Shown: positions 10,099 through 21,283 of the stretch, piece by piece
How positions within the stretch are numbered: the first letter of the stretch is position 1
Layout of the letters: each line of letters starts with the position of its first letter
Source of the DNA: Lepidodermella squamata
Taxonomy: Eukaryota > Animalia > Gastrotricha
Assembly (NCBI GenBank): GCA_047495785.1
Contig: JBLDXI010000023.1
Coordinates: forward strand, 1,302,001 to 1,366,000
DNA length: 64,000 nucleotides
Direction of reading: 5' to 3'
Made by a program: the position numbers and the translations under genes
The notes under the pieces: generated by a model
The model's input: the letters and a program-made list of their open reading frames with translations, nothing else
What the model was told of the DNA's origin: nothing
Databases searched by the model: none

Positions 10099-13000
10099 CT
10101 AGCTTGAAGCCAGTTCAATCTCGCAAATTGGATAGGCGTCAGCAGAGCAAGCATCGTCGTACCACTCGCTCGAAAACAAATTATTCTCATAACCGAAATA
10201 TATGCAACCGATCGATGCGTAAAATGAAGTAGTTGTCGGAGAGGGTCTTCCTGCTGCGTAATTCGTGAATGTTACCGTTGTTCCAGTGTCCCATTTCGGA
10301 TACTGACCGGTCGCGTCGATGCGTGATGATATACCAAGATGGTAACCAAATACGCTGCCCTGCCATTTTCCTGTTTCAAAACGACTAATCCAAGACCAAT
10401 TTGACATAATGGCTATGCTCACTTCCAAGATGCATTGTTATGCCTGTTATGAAATGCTGCTCAGCCTCGGTCTCTATCGTAAGTAAGTGAGCATTGGTTT
10501 TCTGACAGATTGCAGTGGCCTCTGTTCGGTTTCTAGGCATTCTATAGATTATGTAGCAGCTACCTAGAAAATAATACGGACACCCTGTGGTAAAAAGAAA
10601 GACTCACTAAATTGATTCATTACCAAGTTTTGACTCACAATTTTTCATGTCTAGGCTGCAAATCGCACTCGCATTCAAGTCGAAGCGTTCGGTCGTCCAT
10701 TTATACGATGAATCACTGTTCAAAGTGATGGCGGCGTACGGCTGCGACGGATCCGTGAAAACCTGACCAGTTGCCCAGTCGGATTCGGCTGAATTCATCC
10801 AGAATTCAATAGCAAGTCAACTTAACGTTAGATGACTCACCACACATTGGCAATGGAGCACAATATTCCGCAGTAGTCTTATCATCATCTCGAATGCAGA
10901 AAGGGCCGTTCGGCATCAAATCTGGGTCTGGATTCCTGCAGTAAGAATGCACAACGCTCTGCTCAGGAAATCGGTAGAACTGTTGGCTGTAGGCTGTAGT
11001 GTCCCACCTGGCGCATGCTGCCCCACTGGCAGTTTTCGACATTTGACCGTTATACTCTCGACCTGATGGAGTGAACCGGCAATCTTGTGGATATGACTGG
11101 CTTATTGCTTGTAAAAGGACGATCCGTTTATTCGCATTGCTAAAAGGCTTCTCGAACTTACGGATTTCACATATAGTTATGAAGTGATCCCAATCTCCAA
11201 CGTCACTGAAGGAATCTTTGTTAGCTCCATTCCAATACTCATTTGAATATTTACTCGGACTGAAAAATAATTGATAACCAGTTTTAGCACAATGAATGAA
11301 CAGGCACGGTTGCGCTAAACTTCATCGACTGAAAAATAGATGATGTAAAATGAACCCAGCATTTTCAACGGGTCTCACTATAATAATGGCAACATGCAGC
11401 CGGTCCCTCCCGCCTCCCTTACCCCGTCATGTACTTTCCCTCAAACGCGCTGTATTATCACAAATTAGCCGGAAAATTTGACAGCATTTAGATTCAATTT
11501 TGTATTTGGCCTTGTTTTAAATGGCCACCCAGGGGATTGCAAAACTCCGTTTGAGAAGCCCTTCTCTAAAACTCAAACTCTTCCCTTTCTTGTTCAACAC
11601 TAGCTGTTTATGACAAATTTAATGATTCTCTTATTTATGATATTTCAACTTGGTAAAATTCAGCATGATAACTCACGGATCCATCGGCCAGACTTCGTAA
11701 GCTGGCGAACCAGCAAGGTACAACCTATTGATTTGTGACGTCCAATTTAGAGGGTTAGGATACGTTGATTGGTTCATAGCTCCGTAATCCAGTACCATGG
11801 CGGGTGACGGTTGTTTAAGAACTTCGAGGCGCAGCAGAGTGTTTTGGAGAAGTCGTTTTTTCTGCGGAGAGTGGACTGGCATCGTCAAGGTTCCTCCCAT
11901 TTTTGAACACCTGACGACCTGCTGGGCAGGGGTCAAGCTCTCCATATTCAGAATTATCAAACATGTGTCTTGATATCTCACGCCGTACGGGCACGGGCCT
12001 ATGTCAATGTCTGTTGGGTAGTATAGAAAACTTGGCGTTGGCCAAGATAGACCCGTCAAAGGAGCAGTGTAGAACGTGCAGCATCTACCCACAGCCGGGG
12101 GGTCGTATTGGTGCTGGTAGACCACGCATCTACCACGCTTGCTTTTGCACAACTCGGCGCATTTCGGCGCCGACATGAAATTGCCAGCTGTTCCATCAGC
12201 GCATTCGAACGTGACCAGGGGCACGGTGCCGTTTAAATAGAGGCCAGATCGCATAGTTGGCGGTCTAGCCTTGTGGATTTTCTCGTAAATCCATTGGTCG
12301 GCTTCGCTGTAGGCGCCCGGGCCGTTGCAGGAGGCTTTTTCAGATAACAGTTTCTACTTGTTCTGCCGAATGTGAATGCGACACATTGATCTCGATAGAC
12401 ACGGTCGCACTTGTTGGCGCATTCCTGAGCGTTCTTTACGTTTTTCAGTGCGGTAATATCATTCTGACCACAGTCGCCCTGACGCCGTATGTAGCCTTTC
12501 ACCTCTTGAATCGGCCGCGGCCACACGTTTGCAGAAAAAGCAGCGTAGCCAGTCCACCATTTCGTCAAATTAGGCAATGCATTTTGCCTGAGAATCTGTA
12601 AAACGGTTGGAATAGATTTGAAATTCGGAAAAGCATTTCAGAATATTTCACATTTATTACATAGAGGATCTGCGTACAATCGCATCATAATGGTAAGGTG
12701 ATACTTGCGCCCTAGGTTGAAGAGCCTAGGCACATTTCGTTCTGATCGCCGTAATAGGGGCGCAAATTTGAGGAAGGAGTGCCTATACGACCCCCGGATT
12801 TCAATTTTAGCTACATTGGTTTACCATAAGGTTCACTGAGGTGTTAAGGTTGGTGAAGTTGGAAAAATCCCTACTTGTGTAATCTCATCCTATAAGCAAA
12901 TCCAGAAACCTGGTATAGCTTCTGCCGCTGTTGCACGCTTTGAAAAGTTACCAGCTCCGACTGAAAGTTTTCGCTGCAAACCTCCCATGAATACTGACGC

Positions 13001-13447
13001 CATAGCGATTCATTTTGTAACAGGTAACACCTGTCGTTTTCGTTGTCTGCAATCCAGCCTGGAGGGCAAAAGTGGCTCTGCAAGCCGACAATTTTAGCTT
13101 CTTTCATTGAAAATGTGTATGTTACTAACCCTGTAATACATGTTATGTTTTCCTTCAGAGTCTTGCTTCAATTTCGGCAACGGACTAGCCGATCCGACGT
13201 GGCTGTACAGCTTGCAGCTTCGTGCTGTTTTGCTGTAAGCGAGGCTGCTACAGCTTGGATTTCCCGTGCAGTAGCTTGTGCATGTAGTCAAAGATTCGAC
13301 TGACCCTTCATAGTACGGTGACAGAGTCGCTGGTAGCTTGCCTTCAAATTCAGGCTTGCTCACCCATTTTTCGAAGGTACTCAGCAGCGATTGGCAATCG
13401 CTGAGGCAGAATGCCACAGCGGAGAGAACACAAATAAGCAGAAACAT
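10099..13447 (-). pseudogene. Multi-exon secreted PAN/apple + C-type lectin + kringle protein, apparently frameshifted
   Basis: Signal peptide MFLLICVLSAVAFC; PAN domains (CTSYC...CKLY; ECANKC...CVAFTF...CYLK); CTL motifs (CPPGW...CYL; WYDDAC...ICE); kringle (CARWD...YCRNPD..GPFC). There is a 1-nt deletion at 12336-12340 and no clean open frame through 12660-12870. Confidence 0.75.
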
Positions 13448-13800
13448 TAATTTTATTATGCAATCATCGCCGATATAGGTGAATTGTGGAATTTTTGAGG
13501 CTTTGATGACTTGTGATGCTAAGCAGCGCATAATCAAAGCATGACTGGCAAGGTGGCAAATCATACGTTTCGCACTTCGGATTTGTTTTTTGTTATATGG
13601 ATCTGGGCAGGCAGCGGCAGCGAAAATGTCTTCACTTGGTACGAATCGATAGCTTGCTGAAACTGATAAACATAACGCCTGAATACATATATGTATATGC
13701 AGCCGAATTTTGTCGATAACAATTCCTTTAAAGAGGAATTAAGATTAATTCACTAACTACGTCAATACTGTTTCGAGGCGCCTAGATAGAATAGAGAATA

Positions 13801-14033
13801 CCGTAGAGCGGTACAATTTTGAACAGGGTACAACTTTGAACATTTTTTCAAAAGTACAATTTTGAACGAACGTTTGCATTGAAAAAAATGAAAGTGTTCA
13901 AAATTGTACTTTCGTGAGTGTGAAGTACAATTTTGAACATTAACGAAATTTTCAATGCAAACGTTCGTTCAAAATTGTACTTTTGAAAAAATGTTCAAAG
14001 TTGTACCCTGTTCAAAATTGTACCGCTCTACGG
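13801..14033. mobile_element. Tc2/pogo-like palindromic MITE
   Basis: TA|CCGTAGAGCGG...CCGCTCTACGG|TA; ~80-bp perfect inverted repeats built from GTACAATTTTGAAC units. Confidence 0.9.
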
Positions 14034-15099
14034 TAGAGTTAACATTTTTCTTTTAACACTTGCGCTATTATCGATTTTGACGTTATTTGACATCTCCGGC
14101 ACTAAACAGTGGCAACCACGGTACCCTTCGTTCCCTGTACTTCGCACACGGTGGAGAACAGTGATCATGATTGGCAGATTCTTATTTCCCGCTTTATTGA
14201 TTGTACTAACTGCAATGAATCGCCGTCAGGAAACTTTCCTATTTATTAGAGCGTAAATCTCATTTATTCTCTCAAATGATTATAAACGTTCAAAAACAGG
14301 ATCACAAAATTGAAATCAGCGATCCAATTATAGGGGTACCGGGGTGACGCGTTCTTAGGGGTAAATTAGGGAATTTTTTAAAAAGCCTAAGGGTGCCCCT
14401 TACGTTTTAAAAATTTAGGCTGATCAAATGCCACCCGCTTGAAAATGGAACTAGTCGGAACGCTGATTGAAACGCCCAACATTTCAGGCTGATATTATTT
14501 TACGTGACCCAACACTAGAAAGCAATTACCATAGTGACGTCTAAATTGCGTCTCATGCTAAAATCCAACAATATGGCAGCCTGCAGAAATAGGTCGTACA
14601 GCGTACAGGCTGAATGTTGATAGTTTGCCGCAAGAAGGACAGGTTTTAATTGCAGATTTTTTTGAGACGCAATTTTAGCGTCACTATGAATCAGAAAGCG
14701 GCTCCAGCTCATGTATGAACAGAACGTGGCTAGGCAACGAGGCTGTTACCCTCTACCTTTATTCCTAATCACGCAAATTATTTGTTGGTAATGAGAAAAT
14801 CACGTATTTTTTCACGGAACTGGGTATTTATCGAGTGAGAATGCCTACGCACGACACGCTTTACCATCGGATGCTTGCCGCTACCAAAGAATCAACTTGT
14901 TCCTGCAGGATTACCGCCAAAAATAAACTAATTACGTCGATAAATCAATATGAAACACGTCGAGAGAGAAAGACAGACAGGTGTTGGACCATTTTTGATT
15001 GAAAGGATAAATGCTGCCCTCGGCATGACGCCACCGTACAACTAAATTTTTCGCAGCGGGAATTTAAAGCTGTCTCGAGAAAAAACGGATTTAGAGAAA

Positions 15100-17363
15100 A
15101 TGAGAAGCATTTTAAGACTAGTGATCATCTTCAAACTTATTTCAGCTAGCCTCGGAGGTGAGTAACCCATCACGCTAGGTACAGAAAATAGAAAATCCAA
15201 TCCCTGAAATGACGAATATCAACTGAATTCGTTTGATTACAATTGTTGATAAGTATATTTATTCACAATTTTTCGATTCGAATTTTCAAGTCTACAATAG
15301 AACCATTCTAATAATTTATATTTTGTTTCAAGTTTGTGTTCCAGCGTGTCTGCAGAGACATGGTTTCTGCAACACTGCCAATACGTGCACGTGCCTCGCC
15401 CCTTTTACAGGCAGTGACTGCTCGCAAGGTATGTGCTATTTAATGTCATCATACGTCTGTTTTTAATTTCGATATCTTGAAACAACAGACAAGGGCCCTG
15501 CGTTGTCAGATCGACGCCAGTTCTCGCCCGAATTTTCTTACCTCAACGACGGAGTTTATCGTAATGGTTCAAGATGCGTTTCAACGAAATTGAAATGATC
15601 CTTCTTTAGAAAACAACTGGATATACGCCCAAAATAGGGTGTTTCCTATCGTTGGCCCAAGCAACGAAATAGTCATGATCAATAATCAAGTCAACACGGC
15701 TGGATCTCTTACGAGCAAAAAGGTAATGGATGAAAATCCCTAAATCAAAACTGTCACCTTGGGGAAATGAACGTATTTATTCATGGCTTTCAAAAATGTT
15801 TCCCCTCACGAAAGGCCCGAGGTAGTTGCATAAACAAGGAGAGGCTGAGCGGGCCAGTGGTCTCTTTGAATCTCTTCGAATGGGATGAGCTTCCCCTCCC
15901 GAATGATGAGGAACCATGTTGAAAGTAAGCAAAATCATGATTCAAGGCTTCATTTTGGGACTCGAAATCGAACGCTTAAATTGTCCTGAAAAAAGGCTAA
16001 AGGGCGAATCGGGCAAACTAATTATCTGCTATCAGCGAGTAAGGTCCTTGTTAGCTGTTGATTAGCTGTAACACGAGATTCATAGTAATTCCTAGCTCTG
16101 GTTTGACATGGTACCGCTATCAGTGATCAATCAGGGAGGGGCGGAGGTGATCAAGTAAATTTGAGCCCAAAATTTGCACATCATAAGGGGGACCCTTACT
16201 CGGAGCACTGATTGCTTATTCGATAATCACGCATATATCGAATCCCACAATAAAAGAATGCTCATGGCTCAATGAATTAACTATGACGTTATCTTTTAAG
16301 TATTTTATGGCGGGTGATTTTTCCATAAACGTCACATTGCATTACGACGCTCCTGTTGGAAATCATTTGGACTGGATCACCATATCAGTCATTTCAAATT
16401 CATCCATCAATTACGCCGCAGCTGGCAGCTATAAGCCGGTTGATTATAACAATTTCGCCGGCTTTACTTTGACCTATGGCGGGTGGAATAACGGCGGCGA
16501 GTTTCAACTGTTCTCCTCGCCGATTAAGGTCGCCTTTGGTTACAATCATCTGTTCAATTTCAGTCGGGAGCTGATGAGAGGCCGAACCAGTATTGGCATT
16601 GTCGTCAAAGGTGCAACGAAGCTGTGGGCTGATGTATGCACGCCAGCATCCTGCACGGCAGTCTTCAACGGAGTCGACTCGCCAGGATTCATCCCAACCG
16701 ATCCAACCATGCAGCTACCCATAATTCGTGTCGGAGGTGAAAATAATGCGGCCTTCTACGGCATAAGAGTTTTTGACATTCGAACTTACCAATTTTGTGA
16801 GTTGAATCGTAGTTTCTGAATGTCTTTTGATCTAATACTTTTGCCACAGATGAAAAACTGTCTTGTGACCCGCCTTGCAAAAATGGAAGGTGTTATGGTA
16901 TGGGAAAGTGTGCCTGTAAAGCCGGTTGGACTGGGCCATCATGCAACAGACGTGAGCGAGTTCAAATAATTGTGCCTTATCAGTACCGGCATTTTGCTTG
17001 ATCAGAGATTTGCGGATCAATCACATGCCCAACAAAGGCATACTGCACCGCACCAAACACATGCACATGCTTTGACAAATGGAGGACCGGCAACGATTGC
17101 ATGAAAGGCATGTTCTTTTACTCTATTATAGCTGTTAAGTAATTCCAAAAGAGCTGGCTCCATAATATGAACGAGGGTTGATAGATATAACATCATCATT
17201 TTTCAGCTTTTTGAATCTCTCTCCAGGGATTACGGAAACAAATTTGTATTTTACAGCTCTTTGCGATTGCGAATTGGCTAAACGGTGTGTTTACAAGCTA
17301 TGTGACTGCGCGGATGGTTCTCAACGCCGCGACTGCAACGATCAGCGAGCTGATGATCTCTGA
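15100..17363 (+). CDS. Secreted EGF-repeat protein with a central beta-sandwich (L-type-lectin-like) domain, paralog 1
   Basis: Signal exon MRSILRLVIIFKLISASLG|gt; EGF exons (CVPACLQRHGFC...C.C...GSDC; CDPPCKNGRC...CACKAGWTGPSC); beta-rich exon ~16301-16796; terminal CDC...CDC..DC exon. Confidence 0.8.
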
Positions 17364-17489
17364 TTATTACCCGCCCAGATGACTTGAGCCATTTCATTTT
17401 CAATCTTTCGATCTCAGCCGGGCTGTCAAATACTGTTTTCAAATCGCTGGAAGAACTTGAGAGAAAAGGGTTTTCTGTTATTCACTGAT

Positions 17490-17996
17490 GAGATTTGTAT
17501 ATATGATTTCGTTTCTCACTTGTTGGGGGTTGAAATGTTACAGCAGGGATAAATTCAGCTGTGTCTATAGCAGATAGCATATCGGGAGTGGACTACACAC
17601 GATGGGTGGAAAGTGTTTCTAGCGATTAGTAGGCTCGCGACTGACTCGGCGAAGATGCAAAATGTTGGTTTTACGCCATTTCTTTCTATTCTAGGCGACA
17701 CCTTCTACCGCCCTCGCCGTGATATCGCCATAGCGTGAGTTGTTGTAATAGTCTAAAGTCTATAAGGTCAATTTTTTAAACTGGTGTATCGCGGAGTGGG
17801 CGGATAGCGACTCGCCAAGAATAGAACTCCGCCCAATGCGCGATATGAGCACTAGTTTTCAAAATTGACCTTTTTGACTATTATGACGCAGTATCTCACG
17901 GCAGTTCGCAATGAGAATGAGGAGTTACTGTGATATGATTTTCTACCGTCGAGCCGCGAGTCTCCTGCCGTGAGTCACGGTGTATATCAAATCCTA
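17490..17996. repeat. Imperfect foldback element
   Basis: Nested inverted segments AAGGTCAATTTT..AAACT.GTG / CACTAGTTTTCAAAATTGACCTT and GGCTCGCGACT..CTCGGCG / CGTCGAGCCGCGAGTC; no TSD identified. Confidence 0.4.
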
Positions 17997-18152
17997 ATTG
18001 TCGCTATTCAAGTTGCCGATAACGCTTCGTTTTTTATCTCACGTATTCACCTTCGGTTTATATCACATCATCTCGGTGCCAACAATATTTGGCATTTGTT
18101 TGAGGTTTCGGAAACGAATATATCTTAAATGAAATAGCACTGTCCTATGCTA

Positions 18153-19093
18153 CCGTCACTTGGGGTAATCTGGGTCAGTGGGGCTATTCGGACGAATGTT
18201 CATGAAAACGGGAGAATGAGCATGGCTCAAAAACTACCTGGCCGTTGGCAGTGAAATTTTGCACGGAGTTAGGTGGAAAGACGACCCATATGCTATAGAA
18301 ATTTCATGGCCTGAGAGTAAGTGGTTGTAAAGATATAGCCTTACCTTTCAGGTGTAGGTTTGACTCAGTTTAAGCACTGTTCTGCGTTGAATTACCTGGA
18401 CCCGAAGAGAATTTTGCTGGACCTGCGCCCAATTTTTCCTGAATCTACAGACGCAAGGGCACCCATGAAAATTAAAAACGCCCCGATCCGACTCGTACTT
18501 TTGTCTAATTAATTGCGTCCTTTTAGCCCCACGAAAAAATGATGTTGTGGGGCTATTCGGTCTGCCATTTGAATATGCTAATGAACTGCGTTCTTCAAAA
18601 GTTTCTTACTGATTGATGCGGACTTTTACTTCATTTCCATTTTAATTTTTGAATGAGCTGGGAAGGCTGCAGAAGACTAATTTACTGGTGTCATACGACA
18701 GTGCCAATTAATTAATTACGACTATAATTGACAAATAATTCAACTAAAAATCAGTGTTTTAGTTTGCTCAAATTCTTGGGCATAAAAATGATAATAAAAA
18801 AATTTTGCGGAAAAAAATTGATCCGCGGCGTGGACTCGAACCCTGGTTTCGTACTTTGCTATGCTTTCTAGAAGCACATCCCAAGCCACTCGACCACTGA
18901 ACACAGCATATTAGTAATATTTGAATTGAATATTTATGTATCATTAATAGCCCTACACCTGTCCGAATAGCCCCATCCGTGGGGCTATTCGGAATCCTGG
19001 TTCCATTGGAATCAGGACCTTCTGAAACGTGTAAAAATACAAAAAAATCAGGGGGTAATTTTTTTTCGCCGTCCGGATAGCCCCAACTGACGG
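18153..19093. mobile_element. Non-autonomous Tc2/pogo-like DNA transposon
   Basis: TA|CCGTCA.TTGGGG ... CCCCAACTGACGG|TA; internal repeated GGGGCTATTCGG motifs in both orientations. Confidence 0.8.
18821..18903 (-). pseudogene. tRNA-like cassette (Leu/Ser-type long variable arm) inside the DNA transposon
   Basis: A box TGGTCGAGTGG, stem-loop GTGCT-TCTAGAA-AGCAT, B box GGGTTCGAGTCC, then a T7 run; acceptor and T stems pair poorly. Confidence 0.55.
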
Positions 19094-19254
19094 TACTTGT
19101 TGTTCGATTGTTACTTCAAAGGATAGGCTTATGCTACTCTGTTGCCGTTCGATAATCGCTTTCGCTTATATTCATGTCAAGGATATTAAACCAAAGTAGT
19201 ATAAGAATAAAAATAAATTCATAATGATTTTGAAAAGAAATCGCTTCAAGATCC

Positions 19255-19391
19255 CAGAGAGCGAAGTACCTTGGGGTGGTAGGGATCCTCCTACCAGTTC
19301 AATCAGTCCGCAAGGTCAACTCAGTGAAAGACCATCAAAGGTGTCGATTTTCCTTATCCTAAGCACTTCTGCCGTCCTACTTCGCTCTTTG
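19255..19391. mobile_element. MITE of the same family as 3385-3530
   Basis: TIR CAGAGAGCGAAGTA / TACTTCGCTCTTTG; TSD CAAGATCC / TAAGATCC. Confidence 0.8.
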
Positions 19392-19772
19392 TAAGATCCT
19401 ATCTTTGTTCTCTTGCTGACTGGTTTCGTGATGTTCAGCAGAAGTAGGTTGCATTTTCGGCGGCGTGTATAGCATAACTGCGAATTGAATGTTTACTCAA
19501 TTATCTCAAGAAGCAGATATCCTCATCAGAGATTAAGGAGAAGGTTTTTTTAACGCCAAAATGAGTTCACCAGCTAACATTTCTAGACAATTCAGGAAAA
19601 TACTTATTGCAGTCTGCTTTGCTCAGCTCGCGACGGGAATTACAGATAATGAATACTGCCTTTGCGAAGCTTTTTTTAGACAGGCTAGATAATGCATTGC
19701 GATTAGATACGGTTTATCCACAGACATTCGCGGACTTGATGGAAACACGTCATATGCAGTATAATTGCTGAA

Positions 19773-20753
19773 ATGAGTGGTTCGGTTATTCCAAGACGTC
19801 AGCTCCCTGACGGATCCCCATTGATCGAACTTCGATCTCGAAAGGCCGCCGATGATTTATACGATAGCAATGAGGACCCACCGGTCCCAGAATGGTACAA
19901 GCCAGAGCTTTACGAACGAGGTCGACAAGTCATGAAGAAAAATATGTTCTCTGGCGCAATCAGCCTCATCAACGTATTGATAATGCTTTTCTCAGTTGAA
20001 TCGCTGTCCAGACCACTAGTTTTCACCGGGAGAAGCTCAGGAGCGAAGAACTCACGTCGTCGCTATGTCGAAACTGGTATTCATCTATACAAATGGCAGA
20101 CGATATTAGATCCGTTCGCCTCTGAGGAATGTGAAGGTCTCAAGTCGTTACGCAAGGTCAGGCGACTTCACTCAACTGTTCGAAGGGCTATGCATGGAAA
20201 GGACCAGTCCAGCTTCGGCCAGTACGAGATGTGCCTTACTCAATGCGGTTTCATCATGCCGTTAGTTCTATATGCGAAAACGTGGGGCTGTAACCCTTCT
20301 GAAGCTGAGCTCGAAGGATTCTTGCACGCTTGGGCAGTTTATGGCTACATACTCGGGATTCCTGATGAATTCAACCTCTGTCTAGGTGGAATCGATCGTT
20401 GTAAAAAGCTTTGCATGGCCATCGAAAAGGAGGAAATCGTCCCTGGCATCCGTGATGATAAATCCCATTTCCGCTCGCTTGCTAATGACTTCGTCGAAGG
20501 AATGCGATCAGTTTGGCTTCCACTTCGTTTGTTGACTACCAATGGCCTTCTAGCTTTCATATGCCCGTCCTTGGGCATGTCTGTGGAAGAAGTTGGAAGT
20601 CTCACTCTGGGCGATCGAATTTTGTGTTGGGTCTTGAATGTTCAGTTTTGGCTTATCTATCATTTTTCGGCCTATAGGGCACTTTGGAATATGCTGATTG
20701 AAAGAGTGATTATACTCATCAATAATCAGCTAGTGGCTAACAAATTCGACTGA
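19773..20753 (+). CDS. mpaB/DUF2236-like oxygenase family protein, paralog 2
   Basis: Close paralog of 8379-9371 with the same motifs. Confidence 0.85.
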   Translation: MSGSVIPRRQLPDGSPLIELRSRKAADDLYDSNEDPPVPEWYKPELYERGRQVMKKNMFSGAISLINVLIMLFSVESLSRPLVFTGRSSGAKNSRRRYVETGIHLYKWQTILDPFASEECEGLKSLRKVRRLHSTVRRAMHGKDQSSFGQYEMCLTQCGFIMPLVLYAKTWGCNPSEAELEGFLHAWAVYGYILGIPDEFNLCLGGIDRCKKLCMAIEKEEIVPGIRDDKSHFRSLANDFVEGMRSVWLPLRLLTTNGLLAFICPSLGMSVEEVGSLTLGDRILCWVLNVQFWLIYHFSAYRALWNMLIERVIILINNQLVANKFD

Positions 20754-21283
20754 AAAATGAAGCTTGCTACGTTTTGTAAGTTTTGATTGAAGCTCTGTGT
20801 TGTGAGCACAAATTCGTAATTTACTTTTTGTTATAAGCAAACATTTACATTTTCTCTGTTTGCAAAATGAATAAAGCGCCCGTTCACAATCATATTTGTT
20901 CTTTACGAAAAAGCCACGAAAATTTAACCCATGTATATTTTATACTCTCTTGAATAAGGATTGTAAGTGATGAGCGAAAACCGTATTTGTAGAGCAAATT
21001 TGATAAGACTGTTCAGCTTTTTTCATGACATCTTGGGCAATTTGACCTGTGAGAATAGCTGCAAGCTGCAGTGTAAATGCAATTTATTCTTGCGTGTAAA
21101 TTTGTCCGACTCATATCATTAATCAGAAAAGCTGAGAAGACTCAGCAAACACCTCCGCTGTCGCAGCAACTGATTACATACTAAGCCGTTCTGTTTACGT
21201 TATCTCATCACTAGGGTCTGGGATTAAAAGCTATAAATGAGCTAAGATATATTGGAAAGGCGTAATACCGCAACCTTCGAGCT

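Noticed and set aside
18855-18880. Possible amber-suppressor (CUA) anticodon in the tRNA-like cassette
   Set aside because: The stem only pairs with the loop register TCTAGAA, and the acceptor and T stems are broken, so it is not a functional tRNA.
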